Source: a virus (taxonomy: Duplodnaviria; Caudoviricetes). From it: 59,227 nucleotides of DNA. The number at the start of each line of letters is the position of its first letter. Within the stretch, counting starts at the first letter, position 1. Both the position numbers and the translations under genes were made by a program. The stretch spans positions 1-59,227 of IMG/VR virus record IMGVR_UViG_3300044723_010613; one strand, 5' to 3'. This document shows positions 28,157 through 38,940 of this stretch, piece by piece. The notes under the pieces were generated by a model that was not told the origin of the DNA, searched no databases, and was given only the letters and a program-made list of their open reading frames with translations.

Positions 28157-31100
28157 TTACTCTAAATCAACAAGAATACCAAATTTAAATTTTATACCTC
28201 CGGCAGCTACTATAGGTTGCCAAGTGCTGTATAAGTTATATATGGGTTGTTGTTCAAATCTAAGGAAAACTTTGTCATTATGTTTGACAATATGGTAAGG
28301 ATTTATAGTCGCTGTTCCATAAACCGAATTTGACGGAATCCCGGGGTAACCTGTGTCTACAAAAACTGTATACTTATTTTTGTCCAAACTTCTATTAAAC
28401 GTAATTTCAATAAAAAAGTTTGTATCATGAGATATATGACTAGTCCATACCTGAATATTATTTACACCTACCAAATCACCTTTAACTATAGATTTGCAAA
28501 GATTTTTATCATCAGTGTCTTGAGTGTTGATTTCCAATTCTCTATAGTTTACGGATGCTCTATAGTCTGCGGATGAATTGGGAAAGAATACGCTCTTACC
28601 TCTCTCGTTTGGCTGGTCACCCGAAACTCTATTTTTACGGTCCACAATTTTTGTAGCCTCGGTTTCATTATGACAGACTACTAATTCCGCCCAGCAAGCA
28701 AATGTCATTGATTTAAAGGCCGCTGAGACAGCACTAAACTCTCTCAACCTAAAAGAGGTTCCTAAAGGCTCTAAAAACGCTATACCATCTCTAGTACTAA
28801 ATGGGTTTGAGAAATTATACTCTACGTTTCTATTAGGTAAAGTGGAGAAGTTTAACGTATGATCGCTGAATATTCTTGGAGACTCTTGATTTGTTGTAGA
28901 GACATCATACTTAGGGCTATCATTTTCATCTGTAATAAAAGCCCTACGTAAAGATAAGCTGTCAAAAAGTGCAATGGCTATATTTATATTAGTAACTTTA
29001 GGATTATTAATCATCGAAAATGGAATTTTAAATCCATCTATGCCTTCATTAGCGCTGAATACATGATAACCTCTGTGAACCCTAGGCCCTACATAATTCG
29101 GTTTAGGGGTAGTACCGTCTGGCATAAATTTTTGATGATTTGCATATCCTGCATCTAAAAGAACGACTTTGTCAAAAGCAAAACCCTTACCATCTACCGC
29201 GTCAACACTACTACTTCTATTGTTGTTTATATTTTCATTTGATTTAATGTTATACGCTCCATGCTTGTCCTGAGTGTTAATACTTAGCTTAAAATTTGGA
29301 GCAAGATTTGAATACTGATCGTTATCATTTCTACTGTTATCTCCAGTGGTATAATAATATACAACACCCTCTACATCGTTAAAAAATCGATCCAACTCTT
29401 GATCTGTTAAAGTTCGCTGACCATCTAGTGCTTCGACAGCTTCCAGAGTAACATCTATAGTCCCTTCAGTAAGTAACTTCATTGAAGCCTTGTAAGGGTA
29501 ATTGTGTTCAGCTACCTCATTCATCGTAAAGTATTCATTATCTTTTCCTTCCTCACTACTAGACTGAGAGAAAAATATACCACTAGGAGAATCTATTTTT
29601 ACACCTAGAATATCATAAGTTGAATTGAAGCCATCTGGATTCCAAGATTCTTTTGATGGAGGGCTTTTTATAGTTCCATCAGTATTTAGGATTGGTACAG
29701 TGTTGTCATAAACTTGATTTCCAGCACTCGTTTCCCCTTGCTCGTCTTGTGTTTCTATAACTATGTCAAACTGTCTTAAAGGTAATTCTTCAGACTCCCT
29801 TATCACCATTCCACTAGGCGTGGCTTTATAAAAGGTAGATGATTGGCTAGTACCTTCATATTTGCTGAATCCTCTAGCGTTTAGATTAGTGCTCGTATAA
29901 CTCGCGCTCTTTAAATCATCAATTAAATCCGGATTGTTAATCTCTTCGCCGAAAAGAAAAGTAGGTTTAGTTGAAGGCGACGTATATCCTGTGAACTCAA
30001 AATATATATGACTATCAGGAACATTCGCCGAAGTACTTGTCACACCAAGATCTACAACATTAGAAGGTCTTCTAATCGTGACTCGATAATCTATATTTTG
30101 AACGGTATCAAAATTTAGCTCGTATCTTCCGAAGCCTAAGTTGCCATCATTTCCTATATTTCCGGCCTGCTCTTCTTCGCTCATGTTAAAAATACCTTTT
30201 TGAGAGCTTACTTGCCACTCAAACGTAGGATTGGTATTATCTAACGAGTAACCTCTTACATCACTTGCAGTAGACTGAATAGGGAAACCATCAGAGCCTC
30301 GAGTAGTTAAATTACTAATTGAAAAAGTCTGAACCGGGGCTGTAAATTTATCAGTATCAACTGCTATCTTTCTAAAAAGACCATGACCTATCACTCCAAC
30401 ATTCGAAATTGGGTATACTATAACATAATAGTCATCATTTTCACTTATTAAATTCTCAATTTGAATTTTTGATTTTTGCTGACCTTCTATATTATTGAAA
30501 AATTTAGTATCCTCAGGGGTTATTAATTTAACCTCATTTTGTTTTACAGCGTCATAGGATCCTTTATCGACTATATATGTAACACCTTCAACTGCGGTTA
30601 TTGGAGAACCTTTAGTTGAATCAATCCATTCAGTAGTTATTTTAGGGTCTGTTGTAGGTATAATTATAAAAGAATAACTAATATTATTTATATTATTACT
30701 CTCTCCATAATTTATATCAACACTCTTACCGTCATTAGCTATATTTAGATTATTTTTAAATCCAGCTACAGAAAATTCAGATTTTAAAGTGACTAAATTT
30801 TGCCCTTTGTCTGGGTATGTACCCGGAATACTTGGGGTATCTAATATGACATCTAGTATATCTGAATTTCTTTTACCTGCACTGTCAGCGGGTACTGGGT
30901 CTTGATCAGGATAACTATTAATCCATTCGTCTCTATTGGAAGATTTTGCAGCGTTATTTTTCACCGGGAAGAATAGATCAAGTACGTTATTTTTTGTATA
31001 TGAAGATCCTACCGAATCTACTGATTCATATTTTCCGGTAGAGTAAGCTAAAGCTGAGATAGAGTAAGTAGAGTCTTCATCTTCGGCAATATTTATAATT

Positions 31101-33697
31101 CTATATGCAGATTCATTATTATTTATAAATTCAGGGTCATTGTCGAATAAAGGCTCAACGCTCCAAATAAGATTTTGACCAGAATGGTAGTTACCAGAAT
31201 ATGGAACTGCTTCTGATGACCTTGCTACATTATTATTTGAGTATCCAGTAATAACATAGTCTGCGAAATTTAGTTGATTACCTGTATAAGGTTCTCCTAC
31301 AACAGACCCCTTTGAAACGCCATCAAGATCTTCAATTCTTATACCGCTGTTAAAGTAAATTTTAGTACAAACAGCCGATCCTACGTTTCTCAAATCAGAT
31401 CTAAAAGCACCCGGAGCTCCTGTTATATTTATGACATCAGACCCATTAAAGACGAGATTTTGAATTTGAGTTCTTCTAACTCCTTCGTCTACGTCAACGC
31501 TACTACTAACAGTTTGCTCGTTGTAATCATAGGTCGGGGTCAATAATGAGAATTTGTACTTTTTATCTTTTTTAAAATTTAGAGCCTGATCTATAATTAT
31601 GCTATTTACATTTTCTCTTTGGGTAGTTGTTAATGCAGTTTCAGTTAGCCTGTTAGCATATGTAATATCTGTGCCGCCTTTTATTACAGCATTAGTCCTG
31701 CCGCTATATTTTAATGGATTTCTATAGTTATCATAAATACTAATTACATCACCGGGTCTCAAATAAGCCCCATCCATACCAACACTAAAACTAGCTGTTT
31801 CTGTTTCTTCAGATTCACTGGCTAAAATCCATTTCGCAAATCTCCTTGCTTGTCCTCTACTGGTACACCCAAGAGCTGTCGTTTCTAATTCTCTAATCCC
31901 ATACCTTTTTACATACTCTTCATCCTCCATGTATTCCACCGCAGGTTGGTAGCTATTTCTTTTATCGTTATATCTTACAATAGCTACAGTGTGACGGGCT
32001 TTCTTCGCCGAGCTTGAATAAGTAAAATTACCATCGAGAACATTTGAATTATTAAAACTGTAAATAGCAGATTTGAGTTTGTCTTGAGATGAAAAAATAC
32101 TACCATTACTGTAGTACGCTATACCTCTAAAAATAGAAGATAAATCATTAAGGACTTTAAAAGCTTCTTCTCGGGATGTAATTATATAGTTAATTGTAAA
32201 GCGCGGTTCAAACCCGCCATAAGTGTCATCTACAAGTTCATCACAGTACTTTGCTACATCATAGAGTGCCCATTTATCTATTTGAGACGCATCTATAAAT
32301 TCTCCTAATCCATACCTAGGGTTAGTAATCAAATCATAGAAACACCAAGCGGGATTATCTGTCCAAATCAAATCTTCAGCAAAATTACCGTCCCATTCTA
32401 CAGTAGGGTCTTCATTATTGCGCTGAAAAGTAAAACCATCAGCAGTTCGGTTTAAGTCAGTCTTTGTGTTTGTTTTATCACCTAAGGCTACCCCTTTATA
32501 ATAACTACTAGCGGAAGCGGAGCTATTTCCATAACTTTTTATGAACGGGTTGTAGTTGTTGGGAACTTTTACTTTTAGTAATCTCGCGTCATATGCTCTG
32601 GAAGGTATTCTTTGAAAAGATCTTGCGTCAAATAAAGAATAGACCATGGATGAGTAAGGGTATCTTAATTTTGTTCCATAAACTTCAACAATAGAATCTA
32701 CAAAAGATTGGTTTCTTAAAAAGGAAGTAATAGATTCCGGGGTCGTTCTTACGATCCTAATCCTCCATCCTTCGAAGTTATCTTTATCTTGAAATCCTTT
32801 GTCTGAAAGATCAATGGTAGTGGATCTAATATATCCTTCTTCTATCTTACCTTCTATTATTTCATTTTTAGCAAGCTCCCAAGATTCAGTGGAGAATTGG
32901 GACAATGTATCACTTGTCGTTTTATTTGAGCTGAACCTATCATTGAACATAGGTTGATAAAAAATACTATATTCTATAATGCGAGCTTTTTGGTCTCCAT
33001 AACCTGTCGCTGCTTGTCGTTTTTTGTAAGTTTTTTCGCCGAATTGTAAATTTTCTTGCAATGACGGTACTTTTATTCGAACTATAATTTCATTACATTC
33101 TTTATTAAGTATACTATAAGTCTTTGCGTATTTATCTATTGGAGATTTTGATATTGCATGTTTGGTGTTAGTGGGTGAATCGTCTCCTCCTTTAATTTCA
33201 GGTCCATAAAGTCTCTCTCCTATCGTTCTGTTGATGGAGAGGTCCATTATCCTGCTGGAAGGTACAGCGCCGAAAGTCGGAAGGTTTTCATTTACTTTAG
33301 GTACATCTCCAGAAGGGTTACCTTTTACATAATTTAAGTTAACTGAGGAGAAATTGTAAAATCCGCTGTCATCTACAACAGGCACTTCATTCCAATAAAC
33401 TGACCTTAAAAAACCAAGATCTTTTGCTTGCTGGTCGTCACTGTCTAAGTTTACTCCTGTAGCTGTATAATGAGTGAATTGTACTTTTTGATAACCTGTT
33501 ATATTGTCGTTTCTAGTATAACTATAGTTACCGCTAGTTATTCCTTCGATAGGCCCTTCTGAAATTAAATCTACAACTTCAGCATAAGAGCGAGATGTTA
33601 CGTACTCTGGTACTCCGTCTGAATCTGAGTCTACTCTTACTGCAGCAACATCTATTACTGGATTACGTGCTTTTTTAGGTTTTTTCTTAGATCCCAT
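28157..33697 (-). CDS. Central tail tip / host-specificity protein (lambda gpJ-like)
   Basis: DLISEGPIEG, WTDNPAWCFYDL..RYGLG, IDKWALY..YCDELV..EPRF, GCTSRGQARR, LRPGDVI. Confidence 0.9.
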   Translation of the reverse strand: MGSKKKPKKARNPVIDVAAVRVDSDSDGVPEYVTSRSYAEVVDLISEGPIEGITSGNYSYTRNDNITGYQKVQFTHYTATGVNLDSDDQQAKDLGFLRSVYWNEVPVVDDSGFYNFSSVNLNYVKGNPSGDVPKVNENLPTFGAVPSSRIMDLSINRTIGERLYGPEIKGGDDSPTNTKHAISKSPIDKYAKTYSILNKECNEIIVRIKVPSLQENLQFGEKTYKKRQAATGYGDQKARIIEYSIFYQPMFNDRFSSNKTTSDTLSQFSTESWELAKNEIIEGKIEEGYIRSTTIDLSDKGFQDKDNFEGWRIRIVRTTPESITSFLRNQSFVDSIVEVYGTKLRYPYSSMVYSLFDARSFQRIPSRAYDARLLKVKVPNNYNPFIKSYGNSSASASSYYKGVALGDKTNTKTDLNRTADGFTFQRNNEDPTVEWDGNFAEDLIWTDNPAWCFYDLITNPRYGLGEFIDASQIDKWALYDVAKYCDELVDDTYGGFEPRFTINYIITSREEAFKVLNDLSSIFRGIAYYSNGSIFSSQDKLKSAIYSFNNSNVLDGNFTYSSSAKKARHTVAIVRYNDKRNSYQPAVEYMEDEEYVKRYGIRELETTALGCTSRGQARRFAKWILASESEETETASFSVGMDGAYLRPGDVISIYDNYRNPLKYSGRTNAVIKGGTDITYANRLTETALTTTQRENVNSIIIDQALNFKKDKKYKFSLLTPTYDYNEQTVSSSVDVDEGVRRTQIQNLVFNGSDVINITGAPGAFRSDLRNVGSAVCTKIYFNSGIRIEDLDGVSKGSVVGEPYTGNQLNFADYVITGYSNNNVARSSEAVPYSGNYHSGQNLIWSVEPLFDNDPEFINNNESAYRIINIAEDEDSTYSISALAYSTGKYESVDSVGSSYTKNNVLDLFFPVKNNAAKSSNRDEWINSYPDQDPVPADSAGKRNSDILDVILDTPSIPGTYPDKGQNLVTLKSEFSVAGFKNNLNIANDGKSVDINYGESNNINNISYSFIIIPTTDPKITTEWIDSTKGSPITAVEGVTYIVDKGSYDAVKQNEVKLITPEDTKFFNNIEGQQKSKIQIENLISENDDYYVIVYPISNVGVIGHGLFRKIAVDTDKFTAPVQTFSISNLTTRGSDGFPIQSTASDVRGYSLDNTNPTFEWQVSSQKGIFNMSEEEQAGNIGNDGNLGFGRYELNFDTVQNIDYRVTIRRPSNVVDLGVTSTSANVPDSHIYFEFTGYTSPSTKPTFLFGEEINNPDLIDDLKSASYTSTNLNARGFSKYEGTSQSSTFYKATPSGMVIRESEELPLRQFDIVIETQDEQGETSAGNQVYDNTVPILNTDGTIKSPPSKESWNPDGFNSTYDILGVKIDSPSGIFFSQSSSEEGKDNEYFTMNEVAEHNYPYKASMKLLTEGTIDVTLEAVEALDGQRTLTDQELDRFFNDVEGVVYYYTTGDNSRNDNDQYSNLAPNFKLSINTQDKHGAYNIKSNENINNNRSSSVDAVDGKGFAFDKVVLLDAGYANHQKFMPDGTTPKPNYVGPRVHRGYHVFSANEGIDGFKIPFSMINNPKVTNINIAIALFDSLSLRRAFITDENDSPKYDVSTTNQESPRIFSDHTLNFSTLPNRNVEYNFSNPFSTRDGIAFLEPLGTSFRLREFSAVSAAFKSMTFACWAELVVCHNETEATKIVDRKNRVSGDQPNERGKSVFFPNSSADYRASVNYRELEINTQDTDDKNLCKSIVKGDLVGVNNIQVWTSHISHDTNFFIEITFNRSLDKNKYTVFVDTGYPGIPSNSVYGTATINPYHIVKHNDKVFLRFEQQPIYNLYSTWQPIVAAGGIKFKFGILVDLE

Positions 33698-33703
33698 TTT
33701 TTA

Positions 33704-34459
33704 TTACTCTCCTCTATTCCAATTTGTTGTGTTTATAGGTATACTTGGGTTAAAAGAATATTTTAGCCCGTCAGTAGGGTTGCCCCATTCGTCTTTAGGT
33801 TGTACTTCTGCATCTATATCTAGAGTATCTACAGCACTTTGTATAACATGACTACCAACAAGTAATCTTCCATAAGCTACAAATACTGGCCCTCCTTCTC
33901 GAATTGTATTTTCGGGACCGTTAAAAAGATAAGATTTGGATCCCCCTTGTTCTATTTCTCTAAAATCTCCGAATTTAGGCATAGGTGTTAGGAGGTTTGT
34001 GACACCGGCAGCTACCAAACCTACGCCACCAAGTATTAAGGCAGTTGACATGGCTTTACTCATCATCGTAGGAAATAATACCCCAGCTCCTATAGCTATC
34101 ATAGCTACACCTACTATAATTGTTACAATCGCCATTGCGTTGTCTCCAGCTCCTTCAACAACTGGCACGATGTCGATTGTTTTTATATTAGGGTTATTTA
34201 ACGTTAACTCAGACGAGTAAAGACCTTCTAAAGTGTTAGGGTCTTTACCTTCTTCAATTGCAAAATCTTTTTTATTTATCAGGACTCTATATTTTATATT
34301 TTTTCTATCATTCTCCCAAAGGGTTTTGTAAAACTTCTTACAGTTGGCTTCTACGCCTCTGATAGCATCAGAAACACTGTTTACTGAAAGTTTCCATTCT
34401 TTTCTTCCTAGTTGTTCAGCTAAAATGCCATGAACTTTAATGTTAGTTAAATTGCTCAT
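33704..34459 (-). CDS. Tail assembly protein (lambda gpI-like)
   Basis: IKVHGILAEQLG..IDIVPVVEGAG, hydrophobic stretch, SYLFNGPENT..GGPVFVAYGRLLVGSHVI. Confidence 0.85.
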   Translation of the reverse strand: MSNLTNIKVHGILAEQLGRKEWKLSVNSVSDAIRGVEANCKKFYKTLWENDRKNIKYRVLINKKDFAIEEGKDPNTLEGLYSSELTLNNPNIKTIDIVPVVEGAGDNAMAIVTIIVGVAMIAIGAGVLFPTMMSKAMSTALILGGVGLVAAGVTNLLTPMPKFGDFREIEQGGSKSYLFNGPENTIREGGPVFVAYGRLLVGSHVIQSAVDTLDIDAEVQPKDEWGNPTDGLKYSFNPSIPINTTNWNRGE

Positions 34460-35171
34460 TACGATAAATTTTATAGATTTTTTTTATGATTTTTTCAGAC
34501 ATGTTCTCTATTGTCGTATACATATTTCTAGGGCGATGAATTATCTTTTTATCCCCTAGGTATACACCGGCATGATTAGCTTTTTTTCCGGGAACCATTT
34601 TAAAAAGTAATATGTCATGTTTTTTGGCTAATGAAAAATTATCAATCTCTCTTAGAGAGGGATTCATTGACGCTATTTCCTCGGGCAAGTTGGGTATTTT
34701 ACTTTGCCATTCTTCATCTCGCGTTTTTGGAGAATCTGATAGGTTTATATTTAAACTCTTATAATATTCTGTTACAAAATTATAGCAATCAGTTTTACCC
34801 ATTACAAAAGGCTTATCATGAATAAATGTTTTTTCTTTTTTAGGGTCGAATGTAGAGAAAATATCTTTCTCAATATTATATAGGATATAAAAAAGATCAT
34901 GACCCTTGCTATTCAACATGTCGTAGGATGAAAATTTTTCACTGGTGGACGGATGAGAGTGGTATACAGCTTTTATATCCCCAGAGTCACTTGCCCTAAC
35001 ATAATCCAGAGTACAGATTGAAAAATGTTTGGTAGGTTCATCTGAGACATTTCGACAGTTAAAAACTTGATTGGAATCATCACGAGATACGATTAAACCA
35101 CAGCATTCTTTTGGAGCTTCTTTAAGAGAATGCATTTTTATTGATTTTTTTATATCTTCAGTGAGTTTCAT
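34443..35171 (-). CDS. Tail assembly protein (lambda gpK-like; JAB/MPN plus NlpC/P60)
   Basis: PKECCG, YHSHP..S..D, DCY, HAGVY..IIH. Confidence 0.85.
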   Translation of the reverse strand: MKLTEDIKKSIKMHSLKEAPKECCGLIVSRDDSNQVFNCRNVSDEPTKHFSICTLDYVRASDSGDIKAVYHSHPSTSEKFSSYDMLNSKGHDLFYILYNIEKDIFSTFDPKKEKTFIHDKPFVMGKTDCYNFVTEYYKSLNINLSDSPKTRDEEWQSKIPNLPEEIASMNPSLREIDNFSLAKKHDILLFKMVPGKKANHAGVYLGDKKIIHRPRNMYTTIENMSEKIIKKIYKIYRNEQFN

Positions 35172-35175
35172 TTTT

Positions 35176-36495
35176 TTATCCTCCTCTTGCTATTTTTTTA
35201 GCGGCAGGAAATCCTCCGTATGGCAATTCTCCGATTTGAATTTGACAACCGCCTTTATTAGCAGTTTTTCTATTTCTCGCTCCCCATCTTAACCTACATC
35301 CTGTTAAACTCTTTGAGCACTGATCAGCAACCCAGTAGTCAGTATTAGGTGGTGCTACAATTTGTCCGGCGCTCATAGTTTTTTTACAAACATAATAATA
35401 TTTGACTGAGTCTTTCACTACGTATACATAATTACCAATTTGATAACCATCCGAGGACTCTTTATTAAAAAGTCCTAGATTTTCGAAAGAAAAATTGTCT
35501 ACTGATTGGTTTTGCAATGCTTCAGTAATTATATCATCATCAGAATCAGTAGCTACAGGGGGAGAATTAAGCAGCATTCCACAACCTTGAAGTTTTATTT
35601 TGTCTGATGAGTTCTCTGTGACAGCGTTATAATTCTCGTCTTGTATTATACCGTCATTTCTTAAAGTTTTTAGTCTAGCTTTTCTTAAAATAGGTATCTC
35701 TACATTTTCAGGAGTAGTGTCGGCTGTAGCATAATTTTGTAATTCTCCTCCTCCAGATTCACTCCCCTGTTCCGGGTGCTGGTACCAACACCCGATACCT
35801 CTATACTGCCAAACACATTTATCTGCCAACAATACTCTCTTGGGAAGTTTTGTCCCCTCTAAATCCAACACTGAGGAGAGCTGATAGACTAAATTAACTT
35901 TGTTTTCTGTTTGTTTTCTTTCGATATAGTAAATATCATCTGGCAAATAAGCATAAGGATCAGGTTCATAGCCATCAGGCAGCATATTACTTTGATTTGA
36001 TACTCTGGCTAATTTATTGGAGCCAAAATTAACTAAATCTAAATATTTGGCGAAAGTTCTCTTTCTAGTGACTTTAGCCCCAACTATATCTCCTATTTTT
36101 CGTATTTCGTATTTTAGAAGTGCTATCTGATCAATACCGTTTTCAGAATTAGCTGTAATGGAAAGAGACGGTTGAGGTAGAGAACCTTTTGTAGTGGTTT
36201 CAAAACCTGAAGCCTTTATCGGGGCAGGGTAGTAAGTCTTACCTTGCCATACAATATAAGAATTAAAAACTTTTATGTTATTATGGAACCTCAATATCCC
36301 ATCTTCTACTTGTCCTTGTTGAATTCCTTGAGATTCAGCGTCTTGTGAAAGATTTATATTGGAATCTAGCGCAAGTTGAGAAATATCAATCTCAAACATG
36401 GTAACCATTGCTGAAGGTGCGAGGTTAGCAATTTCCGCGTTTAAAGACTTGACTGAACTTCTGGCTTTTTCTGGTGTTTGTGAGTAATCTGGCAT
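35176..36495 (-). CDS. Minor tail protein (lambda gpL-like, Fe-S cysteines)
   Basis: IVWQG..Y..PI..SGFE, GAKVTRKRTFAKYLD, CVWQYRGIGC, CSKSLTGC..LPYGGFP. Confidence 0.9.
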   Translation of the reverse strand: MPDYSQTPEKARSSVKSLNAEIANLAPSAMVTMFEIDISQLALDSNINLSQDAESQGIQQGQVEDGILRFHNNIKVFNSYIVWQGKTYYPAPIKASGFETTTKGSLPQPSLSITANSENGIDQIALLKYEIRKIGDIVGAKVTRKRTFAKYLDLVNFGSNKLARVSNQSNMLPDGYEPDPYAYLPDDIYYIERKQTENKVNLVYQLSSVLDLEGTKLPKRVLLADKCVWQYRGIGCWYQHPEQGSESGGGELQNYATADTTPENVEIPILRKARLKTLRNDGIIQDENYNAVTENSSDKIKLQGCGMLLNSPPVATDSDDDIITEALQNQSVDNFSFENLGLFNKESSDGYQIGNYVYVVKDSVKYYYVCKKTMSAGQIVAPPNTDYWVADQCSKSLTGCRLRWGARNRKTANKGGCQIQIGELPYGGFPAAKKIARGG

Positions 36496-36497
36496 GA

Positions 36498-37094
36498 TTA
36501 GGTATTAGTTTCTATAAATGTAGCTTTAATAGAGTGGTTATCATGAAAAACAAAACTTGAAGTAAAATTAGCACAATAAAATCTCTTTTTATAACCTCCA
36601 TCAGCATAAATAGATGGTAAATGTCTCATTACAAAACTTTCTGTGCCTTTTCTAGCTTTAAGAAAATGTAAGATAGCTCTAGCTTCTATATCGGTTCGCA
36701 TATCAAATGATAAATCAATTTTTATTAGTGTATTGTAGATACCATTTTGTATTCTTTGTTCATAACCATTCCCAAAAACTATGGGATTCACACTAGGTTG
36801 ATTGTTAACACTTACATTATACGAGGGAATCCATAAAAATTCTGGTAAAAGTTGGCTCCCATTACTAGTGGTACCTATACCAACAGCTCCTAATGTTCTA
36901 GTAAAACCGCCCCAATAATTTACATTAGTAACAGCTGTGCTAGATGGTACATCTTGTAACGCATAGTAGTATTTAATGCTTTTTGGGACTCCGTTAGTCC
37001 CTTCAATGATTTCTTGAACGAAAACTATAGCGTTTTTTACATAGCTCCGAGCAGAGTTATGTTCTGGAATATTGTATATACTATCATTAGCCAT
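36498..37094 (-). CDS. Distal tail protein (lambda gpM-like)
   Basis: FGNGYEQRIQNGI..ILHFLKARKGTESF..IKATFIE. Confidence 0.85.
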   Translation of the reverse strand: MANDSIYNIPEHNSARSYVKNAIVFVQEIIEGTNGVPKSIKYYYALQDVPSSTAVTNVNYWGGFTRTLGAVGIGTTSNGSQLLPEFLWIPSYNVSVNNQPSVNPIVFGNGYEQRIQNGIYNTLIKIDLSFDMRTDIEARAILHFLKARKGTESFVMRHLPSIYADGGYKKRFYCANFTSSFVFHDNHSIKATFIETNT

Positions 37095-37119
37095 TTTGCC
37101 TTAATCCTTTATTATTATA

Positions 37120-37141
37120 ATACACTGAAAAAAGAGTGTAA
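37120..37141. promoter_or_regulatory. Back-to-back divergent late-promoter motifs
   Basis: ATACAC 37120-37125 (GTGTAT on minus) and GTGTAA 37136-37141 sharing an A-tract. Confidence 0.6.
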
Positions 37142-37156
37142 AATAAAGATAAAGTA

Positions 37157-38002
37157 ATGTTAGGTAGAATAACAAGGGAAGCTGAAAGGCTCACAATCAA
37201 CGGTAGCGGAATACAAGGGGTACAGTCTTTGACTGCGTCTTATAACTCCGTGGCGAGACCTGTGTCGAATTTAGGTATAAATTCTATACAGTATTATCCA
37301 GAAGGTCCACAACAGGCTACTCTGGAGGTAAATACTCTATTAACTAATTTTTTACCAATTCCTGACGAGTTTAGTGAATACACGTCCCGTGATCCTATGC
37401 AAAACTATACAGGAACCTTGCCTTTTAGTGGTATAGTAGATCATGGAAGTAAAAAGTTTTACTTTACTGAAGGTTATTTAGAAACGTATTCGGCTACTTG
37501 TGCAGTCGGTCAAATACCTCAATCTTCTACAAGTTCAGTCATTTACGGTAATTTTGGAACTGATGCCCAATTTAACTCATGGGAACAAACCTCTGAAACC
37601 CCCACCAGCCTTAACGTAACGAGTTATGGGTCAATGGAGATAAATTTAGACACTTTTGCTACTAATAGGGTTAATTCTTTTAATGTAAATATAGCTACGC
37701 CAAGACTTCCGATTTATGCAATCGGTAATGATGAACCTACTGGGGTAATTGCTGGAACCCCTATCGAAGTAAATGTAAATTTTGAAATAGAGCCAGATGA
37801 CTATGAAATAAAGAATATGCGTCTTATACCTGACGAAACTGTTTTCAAGAATACTGTAATAACTTTGAAAAAAAATAACAGTCACGATATATTATTAAGG
37901 TACTCTTTTGATGATATGTTATTAACGTCTGAATCCTTTAGCGCTAACAATGATTCTAATGCAAGGATCAATTTTAACTTAAGATCTTTCATTTTACGTT
38001 AA
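37157..38002 (+). CDS. Tail-tube paralogue 1
   Basis: GYLETYSATCAVGQIP vs tube AFLSSYSTEGAVGGLP; LTSESFSANNDSN vs LDSQSFSSDIGSN. Confidence 0.7.
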   Translation: MLGRITREAERLTINGSGIQGVQSLTASYNSVARPVSNLGINSIQYYPEGPQQATLEVNTLLTNFLPIPDEFSEYTSRDPMQNYTGTLPFSGIVDHGSKKFYFTEGYLETYSATCAVGQIPQSSTSSVIYGNFGTDAQFNSWEQTSETPTSLNVTSYGSMEINLDTFATNRVNSFNVNIATPRLPIYAIGNDEPTGVIAGTPIEVNVNFEIEPDDYEIKNMRLIPDETVFKNTVITLKKNNSHDILLRYSFDDMLLTSESFSANNDSNARINFNLRSFILR

Positions 38003-38007
38003 AAATA

Positions 38008-38013
38008 GTGTAA
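38008..38013 (+). promoter_or_regulatory. Putative late-promoter motif GTGTAA
   Basis: aaaaatagtgtaatatc, 20 nt before ATG 38028. Confidence 0.6.
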
Positions 38014-38027
38014 TATCAAAAAAGGTT

Positions 38028-38939
38028 ATGGCAAGAATATTTTACGATAAGGCTCCGGTTGAAATTCAGGCTCTAGGTACCAACTTTAGAGAAACCCTGA
38101 TAGCGACGGACTGTAGTATAAATTTTAATAATTCACAGTCTCCCATCTATTCTGTAGGTAAAAAGGGCCCAATCGGTCAGTTTCCTTCTGCCGCGAGGGT
38201 AGGAGATATTTCTTTTAACTTTTTAACTACTATAACTGGGCAATTTGAAAATATTGTAGGTATTGGGGTGACTTCCAGAAATGGTAATATTATTAATTAC
38301 TTATCAGACGCAATCAAAAACTCTACTGATTCAGAAGCTAGTGGAGTACTAATTAAATGCGCAAATGTTAGCGGGGTAGGTTTTTTAAATTCTTATAGTT
38401 TTAATACGTCTGCAAATAGTATTTCTTCTTCAAGTGCCGCCTTCACTCTTTTCGGGTCTGGTAGTGATCTTCCTGTTAGCGGTAGGTTAAGTGGGGTAAG
38501 TGCAGGTGTAGGTGTAGGAACTTCAGTAACCACTGGTATTGCACATGGTAGGTACACGACCATGCCATCTAGTTTAAACACTACTTTATACCAATCTGAT
38601 GCTGCCTTGGGAGATAGATATGCTACAGGTACCATTTACAGCGCCGATTACTCAATAAGTTTTAACCATAACCCTATTTACAAAATTGGTCAAGAGTTTC
38701 CAGTAACTACATTCTATACAAACGCTTCCGAAAGTTTAAACGTTTCTGAGGATATATTTAACTCAGGTTTGAAATATGATGAAACGGCTGCTACTTATGA
38801 TTTACAGCTAAAAGGGTTATCTACAAACGGCGATCCTCTTTTTGTAAGAGTCAAAGATGCAAAACAAATCAGTACCTCTGCATCTGTCGGGTTAGATGAT
38901 ATTATTAGAACTCAAAAAACCTTAACAGCCGCTTATTAA
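38028..38939 (+). CDS. Tail-tube paralogue 2
   Basis: SINFNNSQSPIYSVG, GFLNSYSF, SISFNHNPIYKIG. Confidence 0.6.
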   Translation: MARIFYDKAPVEIQALGTNFRETLIATDCSINFNNSQSPIYSVGKKGPIGQFPSAARVGDISFNFLTTITGQFENIVGIGVTSRNGNIINYLSDAIKNSTDSEASGVLIKCANVSGVGFLNSYSFNTSANSISSSSAAFTLFGSGSDLPVSGRLSGVSAGVGVGTSVTTGIAHGRYTTMPSSLNTTLYQSDAALGDRYATGTIYSADYSISFNHNPIYKIGQEFPVTTFYTNASESLNVSEDIFNSGLKYDETAATYDLQLKGLSTNGDPLFVRVKDAKQISTSASVGLDDIIRTQKTLTAAY

Positions 38940-38940
38940 T

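Noticed and set aside
27275-37141. Actively invertible segment
   Set aside because: No inverted repeats at the ends and no invertase; stops overlap at the junction
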